Assembly: GCA_964391455.1 (NCBI GenBank)
Contig: CAYMJQ010000005.1
Span: forward strand, 1 to 44,968
Origin: an uncultured Candidatus Saccharibacteria bacterium
GTDB taxonomy: Bacteria; Patescibacteriota; Minisyncoccia; Phycocordibacterales; DATDWN01
DNA: 44,968 bases
Reading direction: 5' to 3'
Part shown: in pieces, positions 9,338-20,300 of the stretch
How positions within the stretch are numbered: position 1 is the stretch's first letter
Layout: every line of letters starts with the position of its first letter
The notes under the pieces: model-generated
What the model saw: the letters and a program-made list of their open reading frames with translations, nothing else
What the model was told of the DNA's origin: nothing
Database searches by the model: none
Translations under genes and position numbers: made by a program

Positions 9338-9867
9338 GTCTTTATATCTATAAGCCGAATTCTGTGCCTGGAGTCATTTACTCCAGGAAGCAGTCATTTA
9401 TCTGTCTTTTGTGTTGCCACAAAGATCAAGCGGCACTTCCCTCACCAATTTTGGGTTTAAGCAGACTATTTTTATCCGCTTAAGTAATTCATGTTTTCCT
9501 TTTTTAAGTCTAGCAACAAGATTATGCTTATACCCAATGTATATTTCAAAATTGTAATTGTTTTGAATTATATACATGTAGTACATAATATTTCTTTGTA
9601 CCCAAAATTGGTGAGGGACACGGCCTTGCATTGGGGTAAGGATTTTGCCGTTTCATATTGGCATTACTGCCAATCTATTCCAAAAAGGAATTCCTAGGTT
9701 TTCACCTTGGACGTTTCTGCTCGCACCTCTTGTCCATCACTAAATTTTTAAAATTTAGTGAGGGACAGGTGGGAATTACCCACTACCTTTACCAATTTAA
9801 TGGTTCAATGTTCGGACTTTCCTCCTTAAAGAAGGTTTCTTTAAGGTAACTGCTCAATATAAAGCAC
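9338..9867 (-). ncRNA. rnpB: RNase P RNA, bacterial type A, with a large inserted helix
   Basis: The minus strand reads GGAGGAAAGTCCGAAC (rc of 9810-9825), GTGGGTAATTCCCAC, AAGGTGAAAA, GCAAGGCC, AGATAAATGACTG and ACAGAATTCGGCTTATAG (rc of 9345-9362), in the canonical order. CTTTATAT (5') and ATATAAAG (3') can pair as P1. Exact ends are uncertain by about 5 nt. Confidence 0.85.
9398..9586 (-). pseudogene. GIY-YIG nuclease-like ORF remnant inside the rnpB insertion
   Basis: MYYMYIIQNNYNFEIYIGYKHNLVARLKKGKH matches the N-terminal GIY..YIG..R pattern of small GIY-YIG proteins. The C-terminal half of the domain is missing, and the ORF runs through the stem into the rnpB core. Confidence 0.4.
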
Positions 9868-10007
9868 TTTTGATTATACTATATTTAAATATTTTTGTAA
9901 ATAATTAACTTATTAACATTCGATATTTTTATAGATTATATTTTGAGTATTTTTTGTGTATAATGATATGACAATTATTATAAATTTATACTAAAGTACA
10001 CAAAAAT

Positions 10008-12413
10008 ATGGATGAAAATTTTTACAATAAAGTTTCCGACTTACCAGAATCAAAAACAAAATTACTAGACAAGATGTCTTTTTGGATTTTACTTGTAGTT
10101 ACCGCACTTTTACCAATATTTTTTGTGCCAATGTCTTTTATTTCTACTCAGTTTGGCACAAGCCTCCTGTTTTCTTTTGGTGTAATAGTAACAACTATAC
10201 TATATATAGTGTCTGGTATAAAAAGCGGTTCTTTAGAGTTACCTAATCCATCTAAATATGTTTTAGGATTTTTATCTGTTGTTCCTTTTGTATATGTTTT
10301 GGCTGGTGTATCAAATGGTTTTTCTAGAATGGCTTTTTTTGGATATACTTTTGATATAACTACTGTTGGTTTTATTTTACTATCTTTTGTCTATCTTTTT
10401 CTGGTTTCTATTTTGTTTAGAAATAAAAATAAAATCTATCTTGCTTATAAGGCGTTTGCTATTTCTTCTTTAATTTTTACTATTTTTATTTTTGCAAGAA
10501 TATTGTCTTCGGGTAGCTGGTTTTCTTTCGGTGTCCTGCCAAATGTTACAACAACCATGCTTGGTTCTTGGAACAATTTAGCTATTCTTTTTGCAGTAAT
10601 CTCATTGCTTGCATTACTTTTTTTACAAATGTTTAGTTTGAATAAGTTACATAAAGGATTATCATACTTAACACTTGTAGTTTCTTTGTTTTTTGTGGCT
10701 CTGGTTAATTTTTCTTCAGTTTGGATGATTTTAGCAATTTGTTCATTTTTAATTACTCTTTATTTTTTCTTTAATAAAAAAGAACAAAATAATTCCTCAG
10801 AAAAAAATATAAAAAATATATTTTCTAAAATAAACATCTCAACCTTTGCTGTTATGGTTATTTCTCTGATTTTCTTTTTCGGAAGCAATAGTTTTGGTCT
10901 GTATTTAGCTGGGTTATTAGGAACAGAAAATGTTGAAATAAGACCTTCTTTTTCTACAACAATGGAGATAGCTAGAAACACATTAAGGTCTAGTCCAATT
11001 TTTGGGTCTGGACCTAATACTTTTGTTAAGGAGTGGTCTTCTCATAAACCAAACGATATAGTTTCAACTATTTTTTGGAATACTGATTTTCCAAGTGGAG
11101 TAGGGCTTATACCTACATTTGTAGTGACAACTGGAATTGTCGGAACTCTTTCTTGGTTATTGTTTGTGGGTTTTGTCGTTTATCTTGGTTTCAAATCAAT
11201 ATTTATAAGAAATGAAGATGATCAATTAAACTATCTTATAATCTCTTCATTCTTTGTTTCTTTGTTTTTGTGGATAGTTAATTTTGTATATGTTCCTAGT
11301 GCACCAATTTTTATTCTATCTTTATTTTTTACTGGATTATTCTTTGCTTCACTTTATTCTTCTGGAATAATTCCTGTGACAGTAAGACAGTTCAATACAA
11401 ATCCAAGAATTGGATTCGTGTCTTCTCTTATAATGGTGGTTTCTCTGGTTGGTGTGGTTAGTTTGGGCTACGGTTTATTTAAAAACTCAATGTCTCTATG
11501 GTATTTCCAAAAGAGTTCATATGCACTTAATACATTAGGTGATAGTAAATTATCAGAAGAGTATATGTTAAAAGCGATAGTTGCTGTACCTAATGATGTG
11601 TATTACAGGTCTTTATCTGAAATTTACTTAGTCCAATTAAACGAAGTTTTGGCCCAAGATCCTACTCAGGTTGAACAGGAAGATATACAAAAGCAATTTA
11701 ATGATGGGTTACTTAAAACTATTACAGCCGGAGTGTCTGCTAGAGATGCAGACCCTTCTAATTATTTAAATTGGATTGCTTTGGGTAGAATCTACGATGC
11801 TGTTTCTATTCCTCAATTAAACATAGACGGTGCTTATGAATACGCTCAAATAAATTATATAGAGGCTCTTAAGTTAAATCCAAAAAATCCAGGAATACTA
11901 ATGTTACTCGCTAGACTTGCTGTTAATAGAAATGATTTAAACCAAGCAAGATCTTATGTCGAGCAAGCAATTCAGATAAAAAATAATTATCTAGATGCTT
12001 ACTTCTTGTTATCACAGATAGAAGTTGCTAGTAATAATATAAGAGGAGCTATTCAATCTGTTACAGGAGCATCTGTAATAGATCCTACAAATCCTGCAAT
12101 ATTTTTCCAGTTAGGTTTACTTAAATATAATAGCCAAGACTTTAATGGAGCTGTAGAAGCTTTTGAAAGAGCAATAAGTATCGTTCCAGATTATGCTAAC
12201 GCTAAGTTTTTCCTTGGTCTTTCTTATGAGATAACCAATCAGAGAGAAAAAGCTATACAACAATTTGAAGAATTAAAAGTAACAAATCCAGATAGTAGTG
12301 AAGTTGATACTATACTAACAAATCTAAAAGAAGGCAGGTCTATATTTACAGACACTGAAAATCCTAGACCAGAAAGAGGAAGAACTTTGCCACTTAGGGA
12401 GAATGAAGAATAA
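10008..12413 (+). CDS. Polytopic membrane protein (O-antigen ligase/Wzy-like) with a C-terminal TPR repeat domain
   Basis: More than 10 predicted TM helices, then TPR-like repeats (YIEALKLNPKNP, YLDAYFLLSQIE, FERAISIVPDYANAKFFLG). Confidence 0.5.
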   Translation: MDENFYNKVSDLPESKTKLLDKMSFWILLVVTALLPIFFVPMSFISTQFGTSLLFSFGVIVTTILYIVSGIKSGSLELPNPSKYVLGFLSVVPFVYVLAGVSNGFSRMAFFGYTFDITTVGFILLSFVYLFLVSILFRNKNKIYLAYKAFAISSLIFTIFIFARILSSGSWFSFGVLPNVTTTMLGSWNNLAILFAVISLLALLFLQMFSLNKLHKGLSYLTLVVSLFFVALVNFSSVWMILAICSFLITLYFFFNKKEQNNSSEKNIKNIFSKINISTFAVMVISLIFFFGSNSFGLYLAGLLGTENVEIRPSFSTTMEIARNTLRSSPIFGSGPNTFVKEWSSHKPNDIVSTIFWNTDFPSGVGLIPTFVVTTGIVGTLSWLLFVGFVVYLGFKSIFIRNEDDQLNYLIISSFFVSLFLWIVNFVYVPSAPIFILSLFFTGLFFASLYSSGIIPVTVRQFNTNPRIGFVSSLIMVVSLVGVVSLGYGLFKNSMSLWYFQKSSYALNTLGDSKLSEEYMLKAIVAVPNDVYYRSLSEIYLVQLNEVLAQDPTQVEQEDIQKQFNDGLLKTITAGVSARDADPSNYLNWIALGRIYDAVSIPQLNIDGAYEYAQINYIEALKLNPKNPGILMLLARLAVNRNDLNQARSYVEQAIQIKNNYLDAYFLLSQIEVASNNIRGAIQSVTGASVIDPTNPAIFFQLGLLKYNSQDFNGAVEAFERAISIVPDYANAKFFLGLSYEITNQREKAIQQFEELKVTNPDSSEVDTILTNLKEGRSIFTDTENPRPERGRTLPLRENEE

Positions 12414-12420
12414 AAAAATT

Positions 12421-12465
12421 TTGAGATTAAAAAACCAGAGAATTTCTCTGGTTTTTTAATCTCAA
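12421..12465. terminator. Long bidirectional terminator hairpin
   Basis: TTGAGATTAAAAAACCAGAGAA-TTTC-TCTGGTTTTTTAATCTCAA. Confidence 0.7.
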
Positions 12466-12508
12466 AATAAATCTTGGCTTTAAGCCATATTTTTGCCATA
12501 ATAGTTAA

Positions 12509-14188
12509 ATGGTAAAAAGGTTTTTTAGTTTTTTAAGTAAAGAAATAATAGGTCTTCATGAGGCAGCTTATCTTTTAGGTTTTTTTGCAATATGTTCCCA
12601 GATATTAGCCTTGGTAAGGGACAGAATATTAGCATCAGAATTTGGTGCCGGCAATATATTGGATATTTATTATTCAGCATTTAGAATTCCAGATATTATT
12701 TTTGTAACAGTTGCTTCAATAGTTTCAGTTTCTGTACTCATTCCATTTTTAATGGAAAGACTTGCGAGGGGAGAAAAAGAGGCAAAAGAATTTATTGATA
12801 GTGTTTTTTCTTTCTTTTTTATTTTTGTTTCCCTGGTTGGTGTTGTCGCTTTTATTTTTACACCATTTTTAATGTCAAAACTTTTTCCTGTTTTTGTTAA
12901 CTCAGAATCATTTTCTGAATTAGTAAAATTAACAAGGATACTACTCTTGTCTCCAGTTTTTCTTGGTTTTTCAAATCTTTTAGCTAGCATCACTCAACTT
13001 AATAGAAGATTTTTTCTTTATGCTGTTTCTCCGGTAATGTATAATTTGGGAATTATTTTTGGTATTAAAATTTTATATCCAATGTTTGGTTTGTCTGGTT
13101 TGGGTTATGGGGTGATACTTGGAACTGTTCTACATTTTTTAATACAATTACCATACATAATAAATCAAGGAATGTTTCCTAAATTTTCTTTGAATATAAA
13201 ATTTGAATTTATAAAAAAGATAGTTTTAACCTCGCTCCCAAGGACAATCACTGTTTCTTCAAATGAAATTGCAGAATTATTTTTGGTTTCATTCGCTTCT
13301 TTTTTTATAGTTGGCTCTATATCAATTTTTAATTTTTCTTTTAATCTTCAATCGGTACCTTTCAGCATTATAGGTATAAGTTATTCTTTAGCTGCTTTCC
13401 CCACTCTTACTAGACTTTTTAGTAATGGAAACAAAAATGAATTTGTAAACCAAATGATTACATCTTCAAGACATATAATTTTTTGGTCTATACCAATAAC
13501 GGTACTTTTTATTGTTTTGCGTGCACAAATAGTAAGAACTATATTGGGGGCGGGAAGATTTAATTGGGATGATACCAGACTAACTGCTGCAGCACTGGCT
13601 TTATTTACAGTTTCTTTGGTGGCTCAAAATTTAGTCACTCTTTTTGTAAGATCATATTATTCTCAAGGAAAAACAAAAACTCCCTTAATAATGAATGTTT
13701 TATCTGCTGGTATTATAGTTTTAAGTAGTTATTATTTTATTTATTTATTTAAAACTAATTTTTATTTTAAGTACTTTATAGAATCACTCATGAAGGTTTC
13801 TGATATACCTGGTAGTATAGTACTTGTGTTACCATTAGGTTTTTCTTTTGGTATGTTAATTAATCTATTTATCCACTGGTGGGATTTCAATAGGAGTTTC
13901 AACAGTTTTTCAAAACCGGTTTTCAAAACTTTTTCTCAAACTTTTTCAGCTTCTATAATAATGGGATACATTACATATCTTTCTTTAGATGTGTTTGATA
14001 ATTTTTTAAACATAAATACTTTGGTTGGTATATTTTTACAGGGGTTTTTATCTGGTCTGGTAGGTATTATATTTGGAATAATAGTTCTTTATCTAATGGA
14101 TAATAGGGAATTGAAAGAGGTTTGGTCTACATTACATCATAAAATATGGAAAGCCAATATAGTACCTCCAGATTCAGAGCTTATCTAA
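12509..14188 (+). CDS. murJ: Lipid II flippase MurJ/MviN
   Basis: 559-aa polytopic protein. The N-terminus (LALVRDRILASEFGAG...DIYYSAFRIPD) is characteristic of MurJ. Confidence 0.8.
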   Translation: MVKRFFSFLSKEIIGLHEAAYLLGFFAICSQILALVRDRILASEFGAGNILDIYYSAFRIPDIIFVTVASIVSVSVLIPFLMERLARGEKEAKEFIDSVFSFFFIFVSLVGVVAFIFTPFLMSKLFPVFVNSESFSELVKLTRILLLSPVFLGFSNLLASITQLNRRFFLYAVSPVMYNLGIIFGIKILYPMFGLSGLGYGVILGTVLHFLIQLPYIINQGMFPKFSLNIKFEFIKKIVLTSLPRTITVSSNEIAELFLVSFASFFIVGSISIFNFSFNLQSVPFSIIGISYSLAAFPTLTRLFSNGNKNEFVNQMITSSRHIIFWSIPITVLFIVLRAQIVRTILGAGRFNWDDTRLTAAALALFTVSLVAQNLVTLFVRSYYSQGKTKTPLIMNVLSAGIIVLSSYYFIYLFKTNFYFKYFIESLMKVSDIPGSIVLVLPLGFSFGMLINLFIHWWDFNRSFNSFSKPVFKTFSQTFSASIIMGYITYLSLDVFDNFLNINTLVGIFLQGFLSGLVGIIFGIIVLYLMDNRELKEVWSTLHHKIWKANIVPPDSELI

Positions 14189-14311
14189 GCTATTTTTTAT
14201 TTGTTGAATAATGTAATTTTTTATGGTCTGTATAAACAGACTATTATTTTTATAAGAATTATTTGTTATAATTGTACTTGATTATATTTAATTATTTTTT
14301 ATTGAAATTTA

Positions 14312-17300
14312 ATGAAATTTGCAAAATTTTTCTTTGTTTTTTTGTTTTTAGTTTCTCCTTTCAGTTTTACTGAAGCGTTTGTGGTTAATCATACAAATCT
14401 TCATCTTTTTGATCAGATACCCAGTGAGTACATAAATGCCGCAAGGAATTTAAGAATGATGTGGGGGGACAGGTCTGTTGGTGGAAATATAAATGAAGGA
14501 CTTACTTGCCTTACTTATTCTACAGATGAACAAGCTCCAAATCATTGTAAAAGAAATCATACAAATTCTTTGTATGTAAGTCCTGCCAGTGAACTAGATT
14601 GGTCTTTTTCTTCTGGTTATTTATCTAGGCCAAACTGGACCTTCTTTTTTGATCCAGGTTTAGGGGTTACTCCAGAATATACTTGTCCTGGTTATACACC
14701 AAGCCAATTTGATTGGATAGGTTGTTTTAATGAGTTTGTTAGAAATAATGCAAATAATTATGATGTTTTTTCTTACCAACATAGTTATCTAGCTGTTTCT
14801 CCAGGTTCAAATATAACAAGTCCGACTTTAGGATATTTTGTTAATAGAAGTAATGGAACAGATATTTATGATTTTGAAAGTTTAGAAACAGAATTTCCTA
14901 ATAAGAAATTTTTCTATTGGACAACTAGTTTATCCAGGGGAATAGGTAGTCAAGAATCTACTGACTACAATAATAGTATGAGGCAATTTGCTTCATCCAG
15001 AAATAAGGTTTTATTTGATGTGGCAGATATACAATCACATGATCCTTATGGTAACCCTTGTTATGATAATCGTGATGGAGTTCAATATAACACACAAAAT
15101 AATCCAGATGACGGTTTAAATATTCCTGCTATTTGTCAGCATTATACAAGTGAGACAGAAGGGGGACACTTAGGGAGTGTTTCTGTTGGTAAGATTAGGT
15201 TGGCCAAAGCTTACTGGATAGTTATGGCTTATATGGCAGGGTGGAGACCAGATGGTGGCAGTACACCTCCACCAACTCCTCCAGCAGGAGATACTCAAGC
15301 GCCAACAACACCATCTAACTTAAGTGCTTCAACTGTTTCTACTTCGCAGATTAATTTAACATGGTCAGCTTCTACGGATAATGTTGGTGTTTCTGGTTAT
15401 AGAGTAGAAAGATGCCAAGGATCTGGATGTTCTAATTTTTCTCAAATAACAACACCAACAGGGACTTCTTTTTCTGATACTGGTTTAAGTCAAGGTACAA
15501 TATATAGGTATAGAGTAAGAGCTGCTGACTCTGCTGGTAATTTGAGTAGTTATTCTTCTGTAGCAGAAGCAACAACACAATCTTCTCCAACAGACACTAC
15601 ACCTCCTGTAATTTCCAATGTTTCAGTTTCAAACATTACTTCAAGTGGAGCAACTATAACTTGGAGTACAAATGAAAATTCCACATCTTTTGTTCAGTAC
15701 GGATTAACTACTGGATATGGTTCTTCTGCAAATTCATCTGGTCAAACGTCACACTCTGTAAATATCACAGGCCTCTCTTCAAATACAATTTATAATTTTA
15801 GAATAAGTGCAACAGATTCTTCTTCAAACAATTCTTTTTCTTCCAATCAAACATTTACAACTTCTCAAGCATCCGACACCACCCCTCCAACAGTCTCTCT
15901 AACTTCACCATCTTCTGGAAGTACAGTTACAGGAACAGTAACAATAACAGCTAATGCAACAGACAACGTATCTGTAGCAGGAGTACAGTTCTTACTAGAT
16001 GGAGTAAGTATTGGAGCAGAAGACACAACATCTCCATACTCAATATCATGGAACACAACTACAGCGACAAATGGAACAAGAACACTTACAGCAAGAGCAA
16101 GAGACAATGCAGGTAACACTACAACATCAAGTGGAGTATCTGTTACCGTATCAAACACAGTAACTAGCCCTACACTAACAGTATCTAAAACAGGTACAGG
16201 CACAGGTACTATTACAGGTACAGGCATTAACTGTGGTAGTGATTGTACAGAAACTCTAGCTTCAGGAACTTCTGTAACACTTACAGCAACAGCTTCTACA
16301 GGTTCAACATTTACAGGATGGAGTGGAGCAAACTGTACAGGCACAGGTACATGTACAGTCACACTTTCTGCAAACACAACTGTTACTGGAAACTTTAATA
16401 CAACTACACTTCCACCATCTTTTTCTGGTGGTGAGGATTGGCCTACCGCAGGAGCAAATATTCAAAGAACTTCAAATTCTCAAGCCAATGTTTCTACGGT
16501 ATCTGGAGTAACTTGGTATAGACCAATAGAATCTTATATAAGTGCAAATACTCAAATCATAACTTCTGGTGGAAGAATATATGTTGCGACAGCAAAAGGA
16601 CTTGTTGTTCTTGATGCTGAAAATGGAAATTTGGTTTGTAGATTTGATACAGAACTTCCTGTGGCAACCCCTACAGTAGATAATGGAGTAGTTTATCTTC
16701 CTGGAATGGACAGAAAACTTTATTCATTAAATGCGGTTAATTGTAATCTGAACTGGTCTTTTGTTGGAGGAGCTGGATTTAGTGCAAATCCACTTGTTAC
16801 AAGTGGTCGTGTTTATATAGGAAACAGAGACGGTAGATTTTATGCGATAAACACTTCAAATGGTTCTCAGGCCTGGTCATATTTAACAGGTGGACCAATT
16901 ATGGAGTCTGCTGCTTTTGACAACGGAGTTCTATATTTTGCATCAATGGATATGTACGGTTATGCACTTAACTCTTCAACTGGCTCACTTGTTTGGAGAA
17001 CACCACAAAAACTTCCTGGAGACAGATATGCTTATTGGTGGCCGGTTGTTCATGGTAATTATGTAATATGGTCTGGGGCTAATGCTTACAAACTTGGAAG
17101 CAATCCTGGAGATCAAAACGCTCCTGTTCCTGGTATAGGTTTTGATGCTTATTTCACATCAACTGTTAGTAATTTTGCTGGAACATTCATTTCATCAAGT
17201 AACGGAAGTCATGGTTGGCCTTCAGGTTCAGCTGTGATGGACACTGTAACAGGAACTACACCTTACACACTTCAGAGTTGGCAACAAACTATGCCTGCCG

Positions 17301-20300
17301 GTAGAGTATATGCAGTGGTTAACAAAACAAATGGGGTAGAACCGTTCTATCTGCCATTTATGTTGGCTGGTGAAAACGGTGATGGACAAGTACATCCTCC
17401 AGTTTCTGATGGAACAAATCTTTATGTAAATAATTTATATCAAGGATCTTCTCAAAATATTCCTCGTTCTACTGTTTTTGCTTGGAAGGATGGAACAACT
17501 TGGCTTAGGAGAATGACTGCGGTTTCTTTTGCGGTAGACGAACCATTAATACTTTCAATGTCTAACGGTAGGATTTTTGCAAATCTTTGTTGTGACAGAG
17601 AGGCAAGGACGGTTGTTCCTGGATCACCAAACTTTTGGACTTATGGTCCCGGTATGAGATTAAGTTCGGTTTTGCCGAGTGGAAGTGTTTCCAATGCTTA
17701 TGATCCAATGTGGGCTTTCTATGACGGGGAAGCATTTCTTGAGCGTTTGGGAGGGTATTACAAAGGCTATATAAACAGTCGTAATGGTGTTTATAACAGT
17801 CACGGACTACAGAATCCTTTAGTTCCACATGCATTTACAAATTCTTCTGGTCAAAGAGTTGAAAGGTTGTTTACTCATAGATCAAATGCAATTATTGCAA
17901 TGGGGCCTTCTGCAACAAAAACTTATCTTCCTCCTGTTACCGTAAATAACAATCCATCTAACATAGCTACAACTCTTTCTAGTTCTGAGATAACAGCAAG
18001 ATTAGAATCAGAAATTCAAAAGATGGTTAATTTGTATTTGGCAAATGGAACTAACGGTTTCTTGAAACCATCTTACATGCAAACGGGTACAAGAGCTGCT
18101 GCTTCAGCTACACCGGATGATTTGGAATATTTTAAACTCCCAGCTGACACAGTACTAGCTCTTTCTTCAGCGTATCCATACTTATCACCAACACTTAGGT
18201 CAAACGTTTTGTCTTATTTGAGTGCTTATTGGCAAAAATATTTTGTTGATAACAGAATTCTTAGAATAGGTTATAGCACTGGTGTATTACGTGAACCAAT
18301 TGCTGTTCCACCAGAAGTTTTAACCAGAATGAGTCAAATAAATGACTCTACTCAAGGGATTAGTGCCGGTACACACCAGAGAACTTTCTATGCAGCATGG
18401 AAATACGCTCAGATTGTTCCATCACAAGCAGCTAATATATACGCTACTGTTAGACCAATGTTATCTTATCCACCACCAACCCTTGATCTTGTTAGGAACC
18501 CAGCATTATACAATGACTACATAGCCGGTTATCAAGGATTTATTAATCTATATGATTTGGCTGGAACAAATCCTGATCCAAACTTAAGAGCTGGAGTTGA
18601 GACTCAATTAAATAATCTTCTTAATACAAGGATAAGTAATTTTGCAAAAGATCATCCTTGGGAGGGAAGTGTCGATAATCCTTCAGGTATTAACATAAAT
18701 AATTACACTAGACGTTTCAATTGTAGTAGAAACTTTATGTATATGACTCCTGAATTAGGTTCTGCTATGAGAAGTAGTGCTCAATATTCTCTAATTAATA
18801 CAGCAATAAATGAATATCTATATGTTTGTCCAAGATGGTTTATTGCTAGAGATGATAACACTTTCCAAGAGGGAACAACCAATCATATTTTTGATTCTCA
18901 TGCTCTATTTTTGGCAAAAGCTTATGTTACAGGAGATTCACAAGCAAACTTAAGTAAGTGGATAGATGTTCCATGGACTTTGGGAGATTTGTATTACATA
19001 CAAAACTTAACAGCAGCTCTTAGCACTGGAGGAATCGTTGCACCACCCCCTCCATCCGACACCACTCCTCCAACAGTCTCTCTAACTTCACCATCTTCTG
19101 GAAGTACAGTTACAGGAACAGTAACAATAACAGCTAATGCAACAGACAACGTATCTGTAGCAGGAGTACAGTTCTTACTAGATGGAGTAAGTATTGGAGC
19201 AGAAGACACAACATCTCCATACTCAATATCATGGAACACAACTACAGCGACAAATGGAACAAGAACACTTACAGCAAGAGCAAGAGACAATGCAGGTAAC
19301 ACTACAACATCAAGTGGAGTATCTGTTACCGTATCAAACACAGTAACTAGCCCTACACTAACAGTATCTAAAACAGGTACAGGCACAGGTACTATTACAG
19401 GTACAGGCATTAACTGTGGTAGTGATTGTACAGAAACTCTAGCTTCAGGAACTTCTGTAACACTTACAGCAACAGCTTCTACAGGTTCAACATTTACAGG
19501 ATGGAGTGGAGCAAACTGTACAGGCACAGGTACATGTACAGTCACACTTTCTGCAAACACAACTGTTACTGGAAACTTTAATACAATAGGCACACCGACA
19601 TTTACTACAGGTCAAAGAGTTCAAACAACAGCTAATCTAAATGTAAGAAGTACTCCAAGTGCAACAGGTGGACTCTTGGGAACACAATCATCAGGTTCAC
19701 TTGGAACAATAGTTTCTGGACCAGTTTCTGCTGATGGATTTATTTGGTGGAATGTTAATTATGATACTGGTGCTGATGGTTGGTCAGTGGAAAGTTTCTT
19801 GAATGTATATACTCCTCCTACAAATCCAAATGACACAACTCCTCCGGTTATATCATCGATAAATGTTACAAATATTACAGCTACATCTACTAGAATCACT
19901 TGGGTAACAAATGAGCCAGCAACATCTAGGGTTGTATACGGCACTTCACAATCATACAATCTTTCTTCACCGCTCAATTCAACACTTACCACAAATCATG
20001 AGGTTGTGTTAAATAATCTTAGACGCAGAACAACATATAATTATCAAGTCGTTTCAATAGATGCATCAGGAAATGTAGCAAGAAGTTCAAATCAAACATT
20101 CACTACTGCATCTCGTCTACCAAAAACACCAAAGGTCACAAATGTTTCAGCAAGTAGTGGTTCAATAAGATTATCTTGGGGTGTTCCAGTTGATGATGAT
20201 TCGGTTCAATATGAATTTTTCTCTGGTACTTTAATTATGAGATCTACAAGTTCATTTATTGAAACACCAAATCTTTCTACTGCTTTAGTTAATCTTCCTT

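Noticed and set aside
9491-9849. Plus-strand ORFs of 68 aa and 63 aa
   Set aside because: They lie antisense to the RNase P RNA gene and have no translation signals.
15871-19586. Template/variable repeat pair of a diversity-generating retroelement (also considered for 4540/7985)
   Set aside because: The copies are essentially identical, with one C/T difference rather than adenine-specific mismatches. No reverse transcriptase or accessory gene is present in the window.
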